DNA of 63,632 bases from Candidatus Omnitrophota bacterium. GTDB taxonomy: Bacteria > Omnitrophota > Gorgyraeia > Gygaellales > Profunditerraquicolaceae. Position numbers and translations under genes: made by a program. The notes under the pieces are model-generated. The model saw only the letters and a list, made by a program, of their open reading frames with translations, did no database searches and was not told the DNA's origin. Each line of letters starts with the position of its first letter. Position 1 is the first letter of the stretch. The stretch covers positions 1-63,632 of the forward strand of contig WOZK01000019.1 in assembly GCA_011620275.1 (NCBI GenBank). Reading direction: 5' to 3'. Below, piece by piece: positions 37,119-47,790 of the stretch.

Positions 37119-37345
37119 AAAAGACACCGGATACCGCCGGCAAGAGCGCGAACAGCCAAAGCGTAACCTGCGGCATCGATAAAGAATTACTGGATATCCT
37201 GGCCTGTCCGGCCTGCCGGGGAGATATGAAGTGCGGCTCAGCCGCGGATTTTCTCTACTGTTTATCCTGCGGAAGACGTTATCCGGTTGAGAACGGTATC
37301 CCGATATTGATCATCGAGAAGGCGAAATTGCCGTCAAAAGGTTGA
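37115..37345 (+). CDS. Trm112-family zinc-ribbon protein
   Basis: [31 protein letters not shown]. Confidence 0.8.
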   Translation: MKKTPDTAGKSANSQSVTCGIDKELLDILACPACRGDMKCGSAADFLYCLSCGRRYPVENGIPILIIEKAKLPSKG

Positions 37346-37350
37346 AAATT

Positions 37351-37800
37351 ATGCCTGTTTCCAAAAAGATACTTGTTATTCACGGACCTAACCTGGCCCT
37401 GTCGGGCAGGCGCGAGCCCGCGGTTTACGGCAGAACTACCCTGGACGCCGTAAACGCGCTTTTAAGAAAAACTGCCGCGCCGCGGAAGGCGAAACTGTCT
37501 TTTCTGCAATCCGATATTGAGGGAGAGATCGTCAAAAAGATAGGGGCCGCGCCGGGCAGCTTTGACGGTATCCTGATAAATCCCGCGGCATATACGCACA
37601 CCAGCGTCGCTATCCGCGATGCCATAGCCGCGTCCGGCCTGCCCGCAGTGGAGGTGCATCTTTCCAATGTCCATTCGCGCGAACAGTTCCGCCGTAAATC
37701 GCTGATCTCGCCGGTGGCAAGAGGCGTGGTCGCCGGTTTCGGCGCGGATAGTTACCGGCTCGGGTTGGAAGCGCTCCTGGATATCCTTCAGACCGAATGA
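37351..37800 (+). CDS. aroQ: type II 3-dehydroquinate dehydratase
   Basis: [46 protein letters not shown]; ATG 37351 after stop 37345. Confidence 0.93.
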   Translation: MPVSKKILVIHGPNLALSGRREPAVYGRTTLDAVNALLRKTAAPRKAKLSFLQSDIEGEIVKKIGAAPGSFDGILINPAAYTHTSVAIRDAIAASGLPAVEVHLSNVHSREQFRRKSLISPVARGVVAGFGADSYRLGLEALLDILQTE

Positions 37801-38858
37801 ATATCCCGGCTTTGAAGGCGCTTAGAGAACAACTGGCGGCTTGCGGCGGCGCCGCCATGCTTTTCATCGACCCCGCGAATGTATCTTATCTTTGTTCCTA
37901 TCCCTGCCGAGATTCTTTCCTGCTGGTCAGCGCAAAAGAGTGTTTTTATCTTACCGATTTCCGTTATTTTGAGGAATCCTCCCGCGCAATAAAAGGCTGC
38001 CGGATAATACAGGTAGAATCTTCGCTTTCCGCCTCAGTGCAGACTGTCTGCCGCAGGCTTAAGGTGCGCAGACTCGCTTTCGAGCCGGAGCACCTGACGT
38101 ACCTCTATTACAGTCGTCTTTCCGCCGCTTTAGGGCAAGGCACGGAATTGTTCTCCTTGCCGGATATTGCGGAGGGATTGCGCAGGGTTAAGACCGCCCA
38201 GGAGATGACGAAAATAAGGGAGGCGGTTCGTATCACGGCCTCGGCTCTGCGCAGGGTTTCGCGCATGCGCCTGGCCGGAAGAAGCGAAAAAGAGGTTGCT
38301 TTTGAGCTTGAGTCATATATGAGCGAAATGGGAGCGGAGCGGCCGGCGTTCGGCATCATAGTCGCCTCGGGGCCCAATTCCAGCAAGCCGCACCATCTTA
38401 CTTCAGAGCGAAAGATACTTAAAAACGAACCGGTGCTGGTGGATATAGGAGCCGAATACCAGGGCTACAAATCCGACTTGACAAGGGTTTTCTTTTCGGG
38501 TAAAATTACTCCTCTTGAGTCAAAAGTGTATGAAATCGTGCTGACTGCGCAGGAAAAAGCGCTGGAGGCGGCGTCAGCCGGCGTTCCAGCCTGCGAGGTG
38601 GATGCCGCCGCGCGCAGGCATATCGTCAACAGCGGATACGGCAGATATTTCGGGCATAGCGTGGGACACGGAGTGGGGTTGGACGTCCATGAACTTCCGC
38701 GTATCTCGAAGAACGAGAACGGCTGGATTTTGCCGGGAATGGTCTTCACGCTGGAACCGGCGGTTTACCTGCCGGGGAAGTTCGGCATCAGGATAGAGGA
38801 TATGGTTTTGGTCGGCGGGAAAGGAACGGAGGTACTCAGTGGCGATCTCGATAAATGA
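37797..38858 (+). CDS. M24-family Xaa-Pro aminopeptidase
   Basis: Creatinase-like N-domain, [47 protein letters not shown]. Confidence 0.88.
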   Translation: MNIPALKALREQLAACGGAAMLFIDPANVSYLCSYPCRDSFLLVSAKECFYLTDFRYFEESSRAIKGCRIIQVESSLSASVQTVCRRLKVRRLAFEPEHLTYLYYSRLSAALGQGTELFSLPDIAEGLRRVKTAQEMTKIREAVRITASALRRVSRMRLAGRSEKEVAFELESYMSEMGAERPAFGIIVASGPNSSKPHHLTSERKILKNEPVLVDIGAEYQGYKSDLTRVFFSGKITPLESKVYEIVLTAQEKALEAASAGVPACEVDAAARRHIVNSGYGRYFGHSVGHGVGLDVHELPRISKNENGWILPGMVFTLEPAVYLPGKFGIRIEDMVLVGGKGTEVLSGDLDK

Positions 38859-39405
38859 ATTCAAGAACGGATTGACCGTTCTGGTGGACAATATAGTTTA
38901 CGCGGTCCTGGAATTTCATCACGTCAAACCCGGTAAAGGCGCGGCCTTCGTGCGGGTCAAACTGCGCAACGTCAAGAACGGTAACGTTCAGGAGATGACC
39001 TTCCGCGGAGACGAAAAGATAGAGGAGGCTTACATAGAGGAACGCAAGCTCCAGTACCAGTATGCCTCAGGCGGGATGTTTTATCTCATGGACCAGGACA
39101 ATTTCGAGGAGATCAGCATAAACGAAAAAGATATGGGGGACAAGACCAAGTTCCTCCTGGACAACATAGAAGTCACAGCCTGTTTCTTCAAGAACGAAGT
39201 GCTCACCGTGAATCTCCCCAATTTCATCGAAGTAAAGATAAAACACACCGAGCCCGGCATAAAGGGCGACACCGCGAAGAGCGGGACCAAACCGGCCGAG
39301 ATAGAAACCGGGGCCATGGTCCAGGTCCCTCTTTTTATCGAGATAGGCGACACCATAAAAGTCGATACCCGCAGCGGCGGATACGTGGAACGTATAAACA
39401 AGTGA
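38839..39405 (+). CDS. efp: elongation factor P
   Basis: GTG start; FKNGLTV..EFHHVKPGKGAAFVRVKLRNVKNG, 188 aa. Confidence 0.93.
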   Translation: MAISINEFKNGLTVLVDNIVYAVLEFHHVKPGKGAAFVRVKLRNVKNGNVQEMTFRGDEKIEEAYIEERKLQYQYASGGMFYLMDQDNFEEISINEKDMGDKTKFLLDNIEVTACFFKNEVLTVNLPNFIEVKIKHTEPGIKGDTAKSGTKPAEIETGAMVQVPLFIEIGDTIKVDTRSGGYVERINK

Positions 39406-39433
39406 AGCCGCGCTCCGGAAAGGCAGGTGCCAG

Positions 39434-39892
39434 ATGAACATCAAAGAAATCCAGGATATGGTAACCCTGATGAACGAGAACGGTCTTATGGAGCTGGAGA
39501 TTGAAAAAGAAGGCATGCGCATCAGGCTCAAGAAAAGCGGCCCTGCTTCCGAAGGCTATCCCGGCCACATACTTATCGATAAGGAAAAGGCCGGAGAGAC
39601 CCCGCAGGTCAAAGAGGCCCCGGTTTCCGCCGGAAAGGCCCCTGCCGGCAATACCATAGAAATAAAATCTCCTATGGTAGGGACTTTTTACAGGGCGCCG
39701 TCTCCCGAGGCGCCCCCTTACGTGGAGGTCAACCAGCCCCTGGAAACGGGGCAGGTGATCTGCATCATAGAAGCGATGAAGCTGATGAATGAGATAAAAT
39801 CCGAGATAAAGGGAAGGATCGTGCAGATCCTGGTGGATAACGCCGAGCCGGTAGAATTCGGCCAGCCTTTATTTCTTATCGAACCCGTCTAA
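39434..39892 (+). CDS. accB: acetyl-CoA carboxylase biotin carboxyl carrier protein
   Basis: [19 protein letters not shown] biotinyl-Lys motif. Confidence 0.93.
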   Translation: MNIKEIQDMVTLMNENGLMELEIEKEGMRIRLKKSGPASEGYPGHILIDKEKAGETPQVKEAPVSAGKAPAGNTIEIKSPMVGTFYRAPSPEAPPYVEVNQPLETGQVICIIEAMKLMNEIKSEIKGRIVQILVDNAEPVEFGQPLFLIEPV

Positions 39893-39905
39893 AAAAACCG
39901 CGCCG

Positions 39906-41264
39906 ATGTTCTCTAAAATACTGATAGCCAACAGGGGCGAGATAGCCTTGCGCATAATCCGCGCCTGCCGCGAGCTGGGTGTGAAGACCGTCGCCGTTTT
40001 TTCCGAGGTCGACAGGAATTCCCTGCACGTCCGCATGGCGGATGAAGCGATCTGCATCGGCAAGGCCGCCAGCGCCGGCAGTTATCTCAATATCCCCGCG
40101 ATCATAAGCGCGGCCGAGATAACGGACGTGGAGGCGATACATCCGGGTTACGGTTTTCTCGCGGAGAACCCGCATTTCGCGGAGATCTGCGAATCCTGCA
40201 AGATAACCTTCATCGGCCCGACCACCGACAACATACGCCTGATGGGAGACAAAATGGCGGCGCGCCTCTCCATGCAGAAGGCCGGCCTGCCGATCGTTCC
40301 CGGCAGCACGGCGGTGATCGAGAAGAAGGAAGAAGCGGTCAAGATCGCCAAAAAGATCGGCTATCCGGTGATCATCAAGGCCTCCTCCGGAGGCGGCGGC
40401 AAGGGAATGCGCATCTGTCGTAACGATATAAGCCTGATGAGCAGCCTGATGGTTGCCCAGCAGGAGGCGGACAATAATTTCGGCAACCCCAACGTTTACA
40501 TAGAAAAATACATCGAGAAACCGAGACACGTCGAGATACAGCTTCTCGCCGATAAATACGGCAAAACCGTCTATCTGGGCGAGCGCGATTGCAGTATCCA
40601 GCGCCGCCACCAGAAGCTCCTGGAGGAGTCGCCGTCCCCGGCGGTAGACGGCAAGCTGCGCAAGCGTCTCGGGGAACTGGCGGTGAAGGGCGTAAAATCC
40701 GTGAATTACGTCAGCGCCGGAACGATGGAATTCCTGCTTGATGCGCGCAGCAACTTTTATTTTATGGAAATGAATACCCGTATCCAGGTCGAGCATCCGG
40801 TCACCGAGATGGTCACCGGCATAGACCTGATAAAAGAACAGCTCAAGATCGCCTGCGGAGAACGTCTTTCGGTGCATCAGGAAGAGATAAGGATTAACGG
40901 CGCCGCCATAGAATGCCGCATAAACGCGGAAGACCCGGACAAGAACTTCCTGCCCTGCCCGGGAAAGATCGAGACCCTGCTGCTGCCAGGAGGGCCGGGC
41001 GTCAGGGTGGATACCCACATATATCAGGGATACGAGATCAGCCCGCATTACGATTCGCTTGTTGCCAAAATTATCGCGCACGGCAGGAACCGGCAGGAGG
41101 CCATCAGGATAATGCAGCGCGCTTTGAGCGAGTTGGTCATCGGCCCGATCAAGACGACAATCCCGTTCCACCAGCGCCTGCTGGAGAATACCTTGTTCCT
41201 TAAAGGGGACGTTTCCACTCATTTCGTGCAGGACATGTATAAAGAAGTCAAAGCGGAGGAGTGA
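39906..41264 (+). CDS. accC: acetyl-CoA carboxylase biotin carboxylase
   Basis: [53 protein letters not shown]. Confidence 0.95.
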   Translation: MFSKILIANRGEIALRIIRACRELGVKTVAVFSEVDRNSLHVRMADEAICIGKAASAGSYLNIPAIISAAEITDVEAIHPGYGFLAENPHFAEICESCKITFIGPTTDNIRLMGDKMAARLSMQKAGLPIVPGSTAVIEKKEEAVKIAKKIGYPVIIKASSGGGGKGMRICRNDISLMSSLMVAQQEADNNFGNPNVYIEKYIEKPRHVEIQLLADKYGKTVYLGERDCSIQRRHQKLLEESPSPAVDGKLRKRLGELAVKGVKSVNYVSAGTMEFLLDARSNFYFMEMNTRIQVEHPVTEMVTGIDLIKEQLKIACGERLSVHQEEIRINGAAIECRINAEDPDKNFLPCPGKIETLLLPGGPGVRVDTHIYQGYEISPHYDSLVAKIIAHGRNRQEAIRIMQRALSELVIGPIKTTIPFHQRLLENTLFLKGDVSTHFVQDMYKEVKAEE

Positions 41265-41638
41265 TGCACAAAGAAGAATCCACACTCGACCTGGGAACGA
41301 TAAAGATACACAAGAACGTGATCGCTTCCATAGCGTCCCTCGCCGCCCTGGAGATCGAAGGGGTCAGGAAAATAGGCAAGGATTTTAAGATGGGCCTTTG
41401 GGAGATGGCAGGCAGGAGAAGTTATTCTTCCGTAAAGGTGATGTTCGAGAAGAACGACGAGGTCTGCGTTGAACTTCCGCTGGTGATCAGATATAACTTT
41501 AACGTGCTTGAAGTTGCCAATAAAGTGCAAGAGAATGTTCGCAACGCCCTGGAGAGAATGACTAATCTCACCGTCAGGAACATAAACGTAGCGGTGCAGG
41601 GCATCGAAAAAGATGAGGCATCTTCAAGGCAGTCATAA
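41264..41638 (+). CDS. Asp23/Gls24-family envelope stress protein
   Basis: IKIHKNVIASIASLAALEIEGV; TGATG overlap with accC stop. Confidence 0.8.
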   Translation: MHKEESTLDLGTIKIHKNVIASIASLAALEIEGVRKIGKDFKMGLWEMAGRRSYSSVKVMFEKNDEVCVELPLVIRYNFNVLEVANKVQENVRNALERMTNLTVRNINVAVQGIEKDEASSRQS

Positions 41639-41680
41639 GAATCCATCCTGCAGTCGGATGAGAATGGGAGGAGGGGCCAA

Positions 41681-42301
41681 ATGAGGTTCTTTAATTCGCT
41701 GGGGATAGTTTTTTACGCTACGGTCATTACTATCATAGGCGCCGGCCTTATCATCTATTCTTTCAATCTTCTCCAGCCCGCGCAGATAAGCGACGTCCTT
41801 GTTTACCTGCAGTCGGGGTTGAACACCCGTTTGATCGTCGGCCTTTCCGGCCTGCTGCTTATTCTTATCAGCTTTTCTTTCGCCCAGCTCATCCTGGGGC
41901 GTTTTCAGAGCGAAAAGACGATCGCTTTTACCACCCCTTCGGGCGAAGTGACCGTGGCGTTGTCGGCGGTGGAGGACCTGATCCGCAGGATAGCCGTTCT
42001 TCTTCCGGAGATACGCGAACTGCGCCCGGATGTCATCGCCGGAAAGAAAGGGCTTATGGTTGACCTGCGGGTGATCCTGAGGTCCGAGGCCAATATCCCG
42101 GAACTGACCGCCAGACTGCAGGAATTGACCAAATCCAAAATACAAAGCGCTCTCGGTATAGAAGAACAGATAAATATACGCATACATATCGCCAAGATAA
42201 TCACCAGCGAAGAAAAGGATAAAAAACGCAAGCCGCAGTCCGGAGCCGATCCGGTGGAACAGCAGGCCGGTCTGCCTTACGGAGGATACGGGAGATTATA
42301 A
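41681..42301 (+). CDS. AmaP-like alkaline-shock membrane anchor protein
   Basis: Two N-terminal TM helices then an Asp23-partner-like region; conserved position after asp23. Confidence 0.55.
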   Translation: MRFFNSLGIVFYATVITIIGAGLIIYSFNLLQPAQISDVLVYLQSGLNTRLIVGLSGLLLILISFSFAQLILGRFQSEKTIAFTTPSGEVTVALSAVEDLIRRIAVLLPEIRELRPDVIAGKKGLMVDLRVILRSEANIPELTARLQELTKSKIQSALGIEEQINIRIHIAKIITSEEKDKKRKPQSGADPVEQQAGLPYGGYGRL

Positions 42302-42411
42302 AGCCCCGGGGAGCTTCATAAAGGCGCAATGACGTAACAGACAGACAGACCGAACAAAAACGTTGACAATAAAAAGCTAATAATTACTAAAAGACAACGG
42401 AGGACAGGGAG

Positions 42412-43443
42412 ATGAAGAAGGTCGGAATACTTACCGGAGGGGGAGATTGCCCGGGGCTGAATCCCGTTATCAGGGCGGTAGTGCGTAAGGGTCTGCTGGA
42501 GGGATATGAAATAACCGGTATCAAGAACGGCTGGAAAGGGTTGATAGAGAACGACACAATGCCTTTAACCATAGATACCGTTTCAGGTATCCTGCCCAAG
42601 GGCGGCACCATTCTTGGGACCAGCCGCACCAACCCTTACAAAAAAGAGAACGGCGTGGAGAAGGTCAAGGAAAATTTCTCCAGGCTGGGCCTGGACGCGC
42701 TGATAGCGGTGGGAGGCGAGGATACCCTGGGGGTGGCGGCCAAACTCTTCAAAGACGGCATCATCAATGTGGTGGGAGTGCCTAAGACCATAGATAACGA
42801 TCTCTCCTGTACCGATTATACCTTCGGTTTCGACACGGCGCTGAACGTCGCTACCGAATGCATAGACCGCCTGCACACCACGGCGGAGAGCCATCACAGG
42901 ATAATAGTCGCCGAGGTAATGGGAAGGCACGCCGGATGGATAGCGGTCGAAGCCGGGATAGCCGGCGGCGCGGACGTGATACTCATCCCGGAAGTGCCGA
43001 TAGACCTCGACGAGGTCTGCGCTATAGTAAATAAGCGTCATCAGAGAGGCAAAACCTTTAGCATAGTCGTCGTGGCGGAAGGCGCCCAGTTCAAGGAAGG
43101 GACGTTCGTCACGCAGGAACAGAAACTTGACGATTTCGGCCACGTGCGGCTGGGAGGGATCGGCGAGAAGCTTGCCCAGGAGATCGAAAAGCACACAGGG
43201 TTCGAAACCAGAGTGAGCGTGCTGGGGCACATACAGCGCGGCGGTTCCCCGACCGCTTTCGACAGGGTCCTGGGCACCCGATTCGGGGTGAAAGCCGTCG
43301 AACTGCTGAAAGAGAAGAAATTCGGCCGCATGGCGGCCCTTTCCGGCAATAAAATAGTGGATGTGCCGCTCGGCGACGCCGTCAAGGAGCTGAAGACCGT
43401 GGATAAAGAGTTTTACGATATCGCCAAAGTTTTCTTCGGGTAG
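42412..43443 (+). CDS. pfkA: 6-phosphofructokinase (ATP/PPi specificity unresolved)
   Basis: VGILTGGGDCPGLN, GGEDTLG, PKTIDNDL, MGRHAG, GHIQRGG. Confidence 0.9.
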   Translation: MKKVGILTGGGDCPGLNPVIRAVVRKGLLEGYEITGIKNGWKGLIENDTMPLTIDTVSGILPKGGTILGTSRTNPYKKENGVEKVKENFSRLGLDALIAVGGEDTLGVAAKLFKDGIINVVGVPKTIDNDLSCTDYTFGFDTALNVATECIDRLHTTAESHHRIIVAEVMGRHAGWIAVEAGIAGGADVILIPEVPIDLDEVCAIVNKRHQRGKTFSIVVVAEGAQFKEGTFVTQEQKLDDFGHVRLGGIGEKLAQEIEKHTGFETRVSVLGHIQRGGSPTAFDRVLGTRFGVKAVELLKEKKFGRMAALSGNKIVDVPLGDAVKELKTVDKEFYDIAKVFFG

Positions 43444-43447
43444 AGAT

Positions 43448-44026
43448 ATGAGAGAACAGATAAAAGACATTTTCCTGGAAAGCATACGTATCAAGGAAGA
43501 GCTGATGCGCAACGAGATCCCGCGCATAATCGAGATAGCGGAAATGGCGATTTCCAGCCTGAAGAAAGGCGGAAAGCTCATCATATTCGGCAACGGCGGT
43601 TCGGCAGCCGACAGCCAGCACATCGCCGCGGAGTTCGTGGGCAGGTTTCAGAAAGACAGGCCTGCCCTGCCGGCTTTATCGCTGACCGTCAACACGTCGG
43701 TGCTCACCGCGGTCGCGAACGATTACAGCTACGAAACCGTCTTCTCGCGGCAGATAGAAGCCCTCGGCCATAAGAACGACCTGTCCCTCGGCATATCGAC
43801 AAGCGGCAAGGCGAAGAACGTGGCCGCCGCAATAAAACAGGCGAAAAAGATAGGCATGTCCACTGCCGCTCTGACCGGCGGGGACGGGGGAGAACTGGCG
43901 AAAATACCGGACGTCTGCGTCGTGGTCCCTTCGACAATAACGGCCCGTATCCAGGAAGCTCACATCACCATCGGGCATATTATATGCGAGATCGTAGAAC
44001 ACAGATTCTTCTACAGTCAAAAATAA
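43448..44026 (+). CDS. gmhA: D-sedoheptulose-7-phosphate isomerase
   Basis: SIS domain FGNGGSAADSQHIAAEF, GISTSGKAKNV. Confidence 0.9.
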   Translation: MREQIKDIFLESIRIKEELMRNEIPRIIEIAEMAISSLKKGGKLIIFGNGGSAADSQHIAAEFVGRFQKDRPALPALSLTVNTSVLTAVANDYSYETVFSRQIEALGHKNDLSLGISTSGKAKNVAAAIKQAKKIGMSTAALTGGDGGELAKIPDVCVVVPSTITARIQEAHITIGHIICEIVEHRFFYSQK

Positions 44027-44496
44027 AAACACTGCCGGAAATAACTGCGCTGGCCCGGGAACTGCGCGAGGCGGGCAGGAAGATAGTTTTCACCAACGGC
44101 TGTTTTGATATACTGCATTACGGGCACGCTTTTTACCTGCAGGAGGCGGCAGCGCTGGGCGACGTGCTGATTGTCGGCGTAAACAGCGACGTTTCAGTCC
44201 GCAGGCTGAAAGGCGAGTCCAGGCCGGTGATCCGTCAGGAATACCGGTCGGCGATGGTCGCGGCGCTGCAGAGCGTCGACTTCGTCGTGCTGTTCGAAGA
44301 AGACACCCCGTATGAACTGATCAAGGCCGTCAAGCCGGACGTTTTGGTCAAAGGCGGAGACTGGCGCAAAGAGGAGATTGTCGGCTTCGACCTGGTCGAA
44401 GCCGGCGGCGGGAAAGTAGCTTCGCTTGATTTCGTGGACGGTTTCTCCACGTCTTCTCTCATAGACAAGATTATCCGTTCCTGTCCCAAAAGATGA
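43984..44496 (+). CDS. hldC: D-glycero-beta-D-manno-heptose-1-phosphate adenylyltransferase (stand-alone RfaE domain II)
   Basis: KIVFTNGCFDILHYGHAFYL, VGVNSDVSVRRLKG, cytidylyltransferase fold; start uncertain (overlaps gmhA by 43 nt). Confidence 0.85.
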   Translation: MRDRRTQILLQSKIKTLPEITALARELREAGRKIVFTNGCFDILHYGHAFYLQEAAALGDVLIVGVNSDVSVRRLKGESRPVIRQEYRSAMVAALQSVDFVVLFEEDTPYELIKAVKPDVLVKGGDWRKEEIVGFDLVEAGGGKVASLDFVDGFSTSSLIDKIIRSCPKR

Positions 44497-45041
44497 ATCC
44501 TCGACTTTCACCCGCAGGGATATACCGGGGCGTCGACCGCATACTGGACGCCAATATCAACAGGCTCAAAGAGGGTCTGCGCGTCTGCGAGGAGGTCTGC
44601 CGTTTTGTCCTTGAGGACACCGGTCTTACCGCGGCGTTCAAGCGCCTGCGGCACGACGCCGATATGCTTTTCTCGCGTTTGAACCGGATGGAGGCGCTTA
44701 TCGGCAGCCGTTCTACCGGCACGGACGTTGGAACGACGATCACGGCCACGGGAGAGTTCAGCCGCGCTTCTCTGGAAGACGTGTTTTACGCCAACATCCA
44801 AAGGGTAAAAGAGTCCCTGCGCGTTTTGGAGGAATTTTCCAAACTGAAAAACCGCGGGACGGCGGCGGGTTTTCAAAAGACGCGATACCGTGTATATGAG
44901 ATCGAGAAAAGAACGGCTTGCAGATTCTCGGCTTTACGTGCTGATAGACGGAAAGGTCTGCGCGGACCGGGGAATAGACATCTTCGGGCTGGCGGAGAAA
45001 CTGCGGGATGCCGGCGCCGGGCTGGTGCAGTTAAGAGATAA
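44493..45041 (+). CDS. ThiE N-terminal-extension-like ORF, probably the 5' part of a long-form thiE broken at an A-run
   Basis: RILDANINRLKEGLRVCEEVCRFVLED..LRVLEEFSKL region is credible up to YRVYEIEK (about 44909). The remaining 44 codons are Arg-rich junk overlapping thiE. Confidence 0.45.
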   Translation: MNPRLSPAGIYRGVDRILDANINRLKEGLRVCEEVCRFVLEDTGLTAAFKRLRHDADMLFSRLNRMEALIGSRSTGTDVGTTITATGEFSRASLEDVFYANIQRVKESLRVLEEFSKLKNRGTAAGFQKTRYRVYEIEKRTACRFSALRADRRKGLRGPGNRHLRAGGETAGCRRRAGAVKR

Positions 45042-45564
45042 AATATACCCGCGCAGCCGGATAAGGGAAGAAGCCGCAGGGCTTGCCGGAGTGTTCGCCG
45101 GTTCTGAAACGCTTTTTATTCTCAACGATCATCCGGATATCGCGATTGACTGCGGGTGCGACGGAGTGCACCTGGGGCAACTGGATATGCCGGCGGGCGA
45201 AGCCAGAAGGCTGATGGGCCGGGAAATGCTTATCGGGATATCTTGTTCGTCTTTAGAGCAAGCCCTCGCCGCGCAGTCAGCCGGGGCCGACTACCTCGGC
45301 ATCGGACCGGTTTTCCCGACTGCCACGAAAGAATGTTCGGCTTACGCAGGAATCGCGCTTGTGGAGGACCTGTCCTCGAAAGGGGCCCTATTTCCGAAGA
45401 CGGTGCGGGTCCCGTTTTTCTGTATCGGCGGGATTTGCGCCGCTAATCTGCCGGAGCTTTTACGCGCGGGGGCCGGCCGGGTCGCGGTATGCTCGGCAGT
45501 TATAACGGCCGCCGATCCCGCGGCCGAAGTGGAACGCTTCACGGCTTTACTACGGCGCCGCTAA
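44890..45564 (+). CDS. thiE: thiamine-phosphate synthase
   Basis: RLYVLIDG, VQLRDK, ILNDHPDIA, GVHLGQ, IGISC, ADYLGIGPVFPTATK, IGGI. Confidence 0.88.
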   Translation: MYMRSRKERLADSRLYVLIDGKVCADRGIDIFGLAEKLRDAGAGLVQLRDKIYPRSRIREEAAGLAGVFAGSETLFILNDHPDIAIDCGCDGVHLGQLDMPAGEARRLMGREMLIGISCSSLEQALAAQSAGADYLGIGPVFPTATKECSAYAGIALVEDLSSKGALFPKTVRVPFFCIGGICAANLPELLRAGAGRVAVCSAVITAADPAAEVERFTALLRRR

Positions 45565-45642
45565 AGACGCGCCCTTAAGGACGCGGATAATACACGCGCC
45601 GCTGTGTATTAGTATCATCAGCAAACCAAGGGATTATCATAA

Positions 45643-46926
45643 ATGACCACACAACTGGAAGCCGCTAAAAAAGGAAAGATCACCGTTTTGTTAAGGAAGA
45701 CGGCGTCACTGGAAGGTGTGCCGTCCGCGCATCTGGTTAAAACCCTGGCCGCCGGCAGGGCGGTAATACCTAATAACAGCAGGCGGACTCAGGGAAAACC
45801 CTGCGCAATAGGCGAGGGACTGCGCACAAAGATAAACGCCAATATAGGCACCTCCACGGATAAGATAGACCTGAAAAAGGAAACGGCCAAGCTTGAACTG
45901 GCAGTGCGCCTGGGGGCGGACGCCGTGATGGATCTCAGTGAAGGCGGAGATCTCCGTTATATCAGAAAAAGACTGCTGGAGAAATGCCCGGTGCCCTTCG
46001 GCACGGTCCCCGTGTACGAGATGGCCGCTATTGCCGACAAGAGATCCGGCGATCCTTTGAAGTTCAATGCCGACGATATGCTGGCAGTTCTGGAAGCCCA
46101 GGCGCGCGACGGTGTGGATTTTTTTACCATTCACGCCGGCGTGACCCGGGAGAATATCGCTCTGCTGAAAAAGAAACCCCGCATACTGCCGGTGGTTTCG
46201 CGGGGTGGAGCGATACTCGCCGCCTGGATGCATCAGCACCGCAGGCAAAATCTTTTTTGGGAGAATTTTGACAAAATCCTGGGAATCGCATATAATTATG
46301 ACATTACGCTGAGCCTGGGTGACGGGTTAAGGCCCGGCTCCATTCTTGACGCTACGGATGCGGCGCAAATAGGCGAGTTGAAGACTCTCGCCGAGCTCGC
46401 CGCCAGGGCCAGGCGCAGGAATGTTCAGGTGATGATAGAAGGGCCCGGGCATGTTCCGCTGAACGATATAGCCAGGAACGTCCGCCTGCAGAAAAAGATA
46501 TGCCGGGGCGCGCCTTTCTATGTTCTCGGTCCGCTGGTGACCGATATCGCCGCCGGTTATGATCACATAACCGGCGCCATCGGCGGGGCGGTCGCCGCCG
46601 CAAACGGCGCGGATTTCCTTTGCTACGTAACGCCGGCCGAGCACCTGCGCCATCCCGGGCTGGACGACGTCAGGGAAGGGGTGGTGGCCTCCAGGATTGC
46701 CGCTCATGCCGCCGACATTGCCAAAGGCCTGCCGGGCGCGCTGATACCGGACAAGCGGATCTCGCGGGCTAGGGCTTGTATGGACTGGAAAACGCAGCTA
46801 AAACTCGCGCTTGATCCGGAAAAGGCGGCCGCCTACAGGAAGTCCTCGTTACCGGGGATATCTGAAGTTTGCACTATGTGCGGTAAATATTGTTCGATCA
46901 GGCTGGCAAAACGCTGTTTAAAATGA
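45643..46926 (+). CDS. thiC: phosphomethylpyrimidine synthase
   Basis: MTTQLEAAKKGKIT, NANIGTS, DAVMDLS, TIHAGV, MIEGPGHVP, GDGLRPG, C-terminal CTMCGKYCS. Confidence 0.95.
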   Translation: MTTQLEAAKKGKITVLLRKTASLEGVPSAHLVKTLAAGRAVIPNNSRRTQGKPCAIGEGLRTKINANIGTSTDKIDLKKETAKLELAVRLGADAVMDLSEGGDLRYIRKRLLEKCPVPFGTVPVYEMAAIADKRSGDPLKFNADDMLAVLEAQARDGVDFFTIHAGVTRENIALLKKKPRILPVVSRGGAILAAWMHQHRRQNLFWENFDKILGIAYNYDITLSLGDGLRPGSILDATDAAQIGELKTLAELAARARRRNVQVMIEGPGHVPLNDIARNVRLQKKICRGAPFYVLGPLVTDIAAGYDHITGAIGGAVAAANGADFLCYVTPAEHLRHPGLDDVREGVVASRIAAHAADIAKGLPGALIPDKRISRARACMDWKTQLKLALDPEKAAAYRKSSLPGISEVCTMCGKYCSIRLAKRCLK

Positions 46927-46991
46927 TACGGGTTTGTTCGCATGGTTTCACACGGCCGGCATTCCGGCCGCACAACATATAGAACATTCAT

Positions 46992-47062
46992 GCGGGTGTA
47001 ATTCAGTGGCAGAATAACAGCTTCCCAAGCTGTGTATGGCGGTTCGATTCCGCTCACCCGCT
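46992..47062 (+). tRNA. tRNA-Gly (anticodon CCC)
   Basis: Hand-folded cloverleaf: acceptor GCGGGTG/CACCCGC, D stem ATTC/GAAT with GG loop, anticodon stem ACAGC/GCTGT, loop TTCCCAA, T stem GGCGG/CCGCT, T loop TTCGATT, discriminator T. No encoded CCA; 71 nt. Confidence 0.9.
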
Positions 47063-47082
47063 CTTTTTCTTTACTTGCGCGG

Positions 47083-47790
47083 ATGCAGAAAAAAAATAAG
47101 CACGTTTCTATGCCTGTTCCACTCCGGCTGGATAAGGCAATCGTCTGTTTATGCGCCTTTATTGTCTGCGGCTGTGCGGGCCTGCCCCGGGTTCCGGAAG
47201 CCCCGCCTGCCGCCTCTTTGCCCGGTAAATACCATAAAATAGCCAAAGGGCAGACCCTCTGGGAGATATCCCGCGTTTATTCCATCCCGCTCGATACCTT
47301 GGTAAAAATCAATAACATTTCCGATTCCGAATGCATAAAAGAAGGGCAGCTGCTTTTCATCCCCGAGGAAAAAGCCGGCGCCCCGGTTCCAGAGCCTTAC
47401 GGGACGCTTCAGGACGAAGACTTCTCCTGGCCGGTAAAAGGCAAGGTCATTTCCTCTTTCGGGCGGTATTCCAGGGGTATGTTGAATAAGGGTATTCACA
47501 TACAGGCGTCGATGAACGCCCCGGTCCTGGCCGCGCGCAGCGGTAAAGTAGTATTCGCCTCTTCCGGGTTTTACGGATTCGGCAAGACATTGATCATCTC
47601 CCACGGTGACGGATTTTCTACCGTTTACGGCAGGAATTCCGAACTTCTGGTAAAAAAAGGCGATTACATAAAAAAAGGCGCCTTGATCGCCAGGGTGGGG
47701 CGTGCCGGCAGAGACAAACTGCCATATCTTCATTTCGAAATAAGGAAAAGACAGACGGCCCAAAATCCGTATTTTTACTTGCCAGGCTGA
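47083..47790 (+). CDS. LysM-domain M23 peptidase (NlpD-like, probable lipoprotein)
   Basis: ATG 47083 chosen (the ORF-track start 47032 overlaps the tRNA); signal ..LCAFIVCGC; LysM YHKIAKGQTLWEISRVYSIPLDTLVKINNI; M23 GIHIQA..ISHGDGFSTVYG..LHFEIR. Confidence 0.88.
   Translation: MQKKNKHVSMPVPLRLDKAIVCLCAFIVCGCAGLPRVPEAPPAASLPGKYHKIAKGQTLWEISRVYSIPLDTLVKINNISDSECIKEGQLLFIPEEKAGAPVPEPYGTLQDEDFSWPVKGKVISSFGRYSRGMLNKGIHIQASMNAPVLAARSGKVVFASSGFYGFGKTLIISHGDGFSTVYGRNSELLVKKGDYIKKGALIARVGRAGRDKLPYLHFEIRKRQTAQNPYFYLPG

Noticed and set aside
39876-41285. 469-aa ORF on the minus strand
   Set aside because: It is antisense to accC, whose translation carries every biotin carboxylase signature. This is a shadow ORF.
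42583-43623. 346-aa ORF on the minus strand. Similar long antisense ORFs occur at 5678-6403, 48297-49022, 50476-51135 and 53841-54659.
   Set aside because: All are antisense to genes with strong family motifs, and none has its own motif or RBS support.
45565-45642. Expected TPP riboswitch upstream of thiC
   Set aside because: The spacer is only 78 nt and lacks the CTGAGA and ACCTGATCTGGATAATGCCAGCG-like core. It contains only a 7-bp hairpin (AATACAC..GTGTATT, about 45588-45609). Nothing TPP-like precedes 44493 either.
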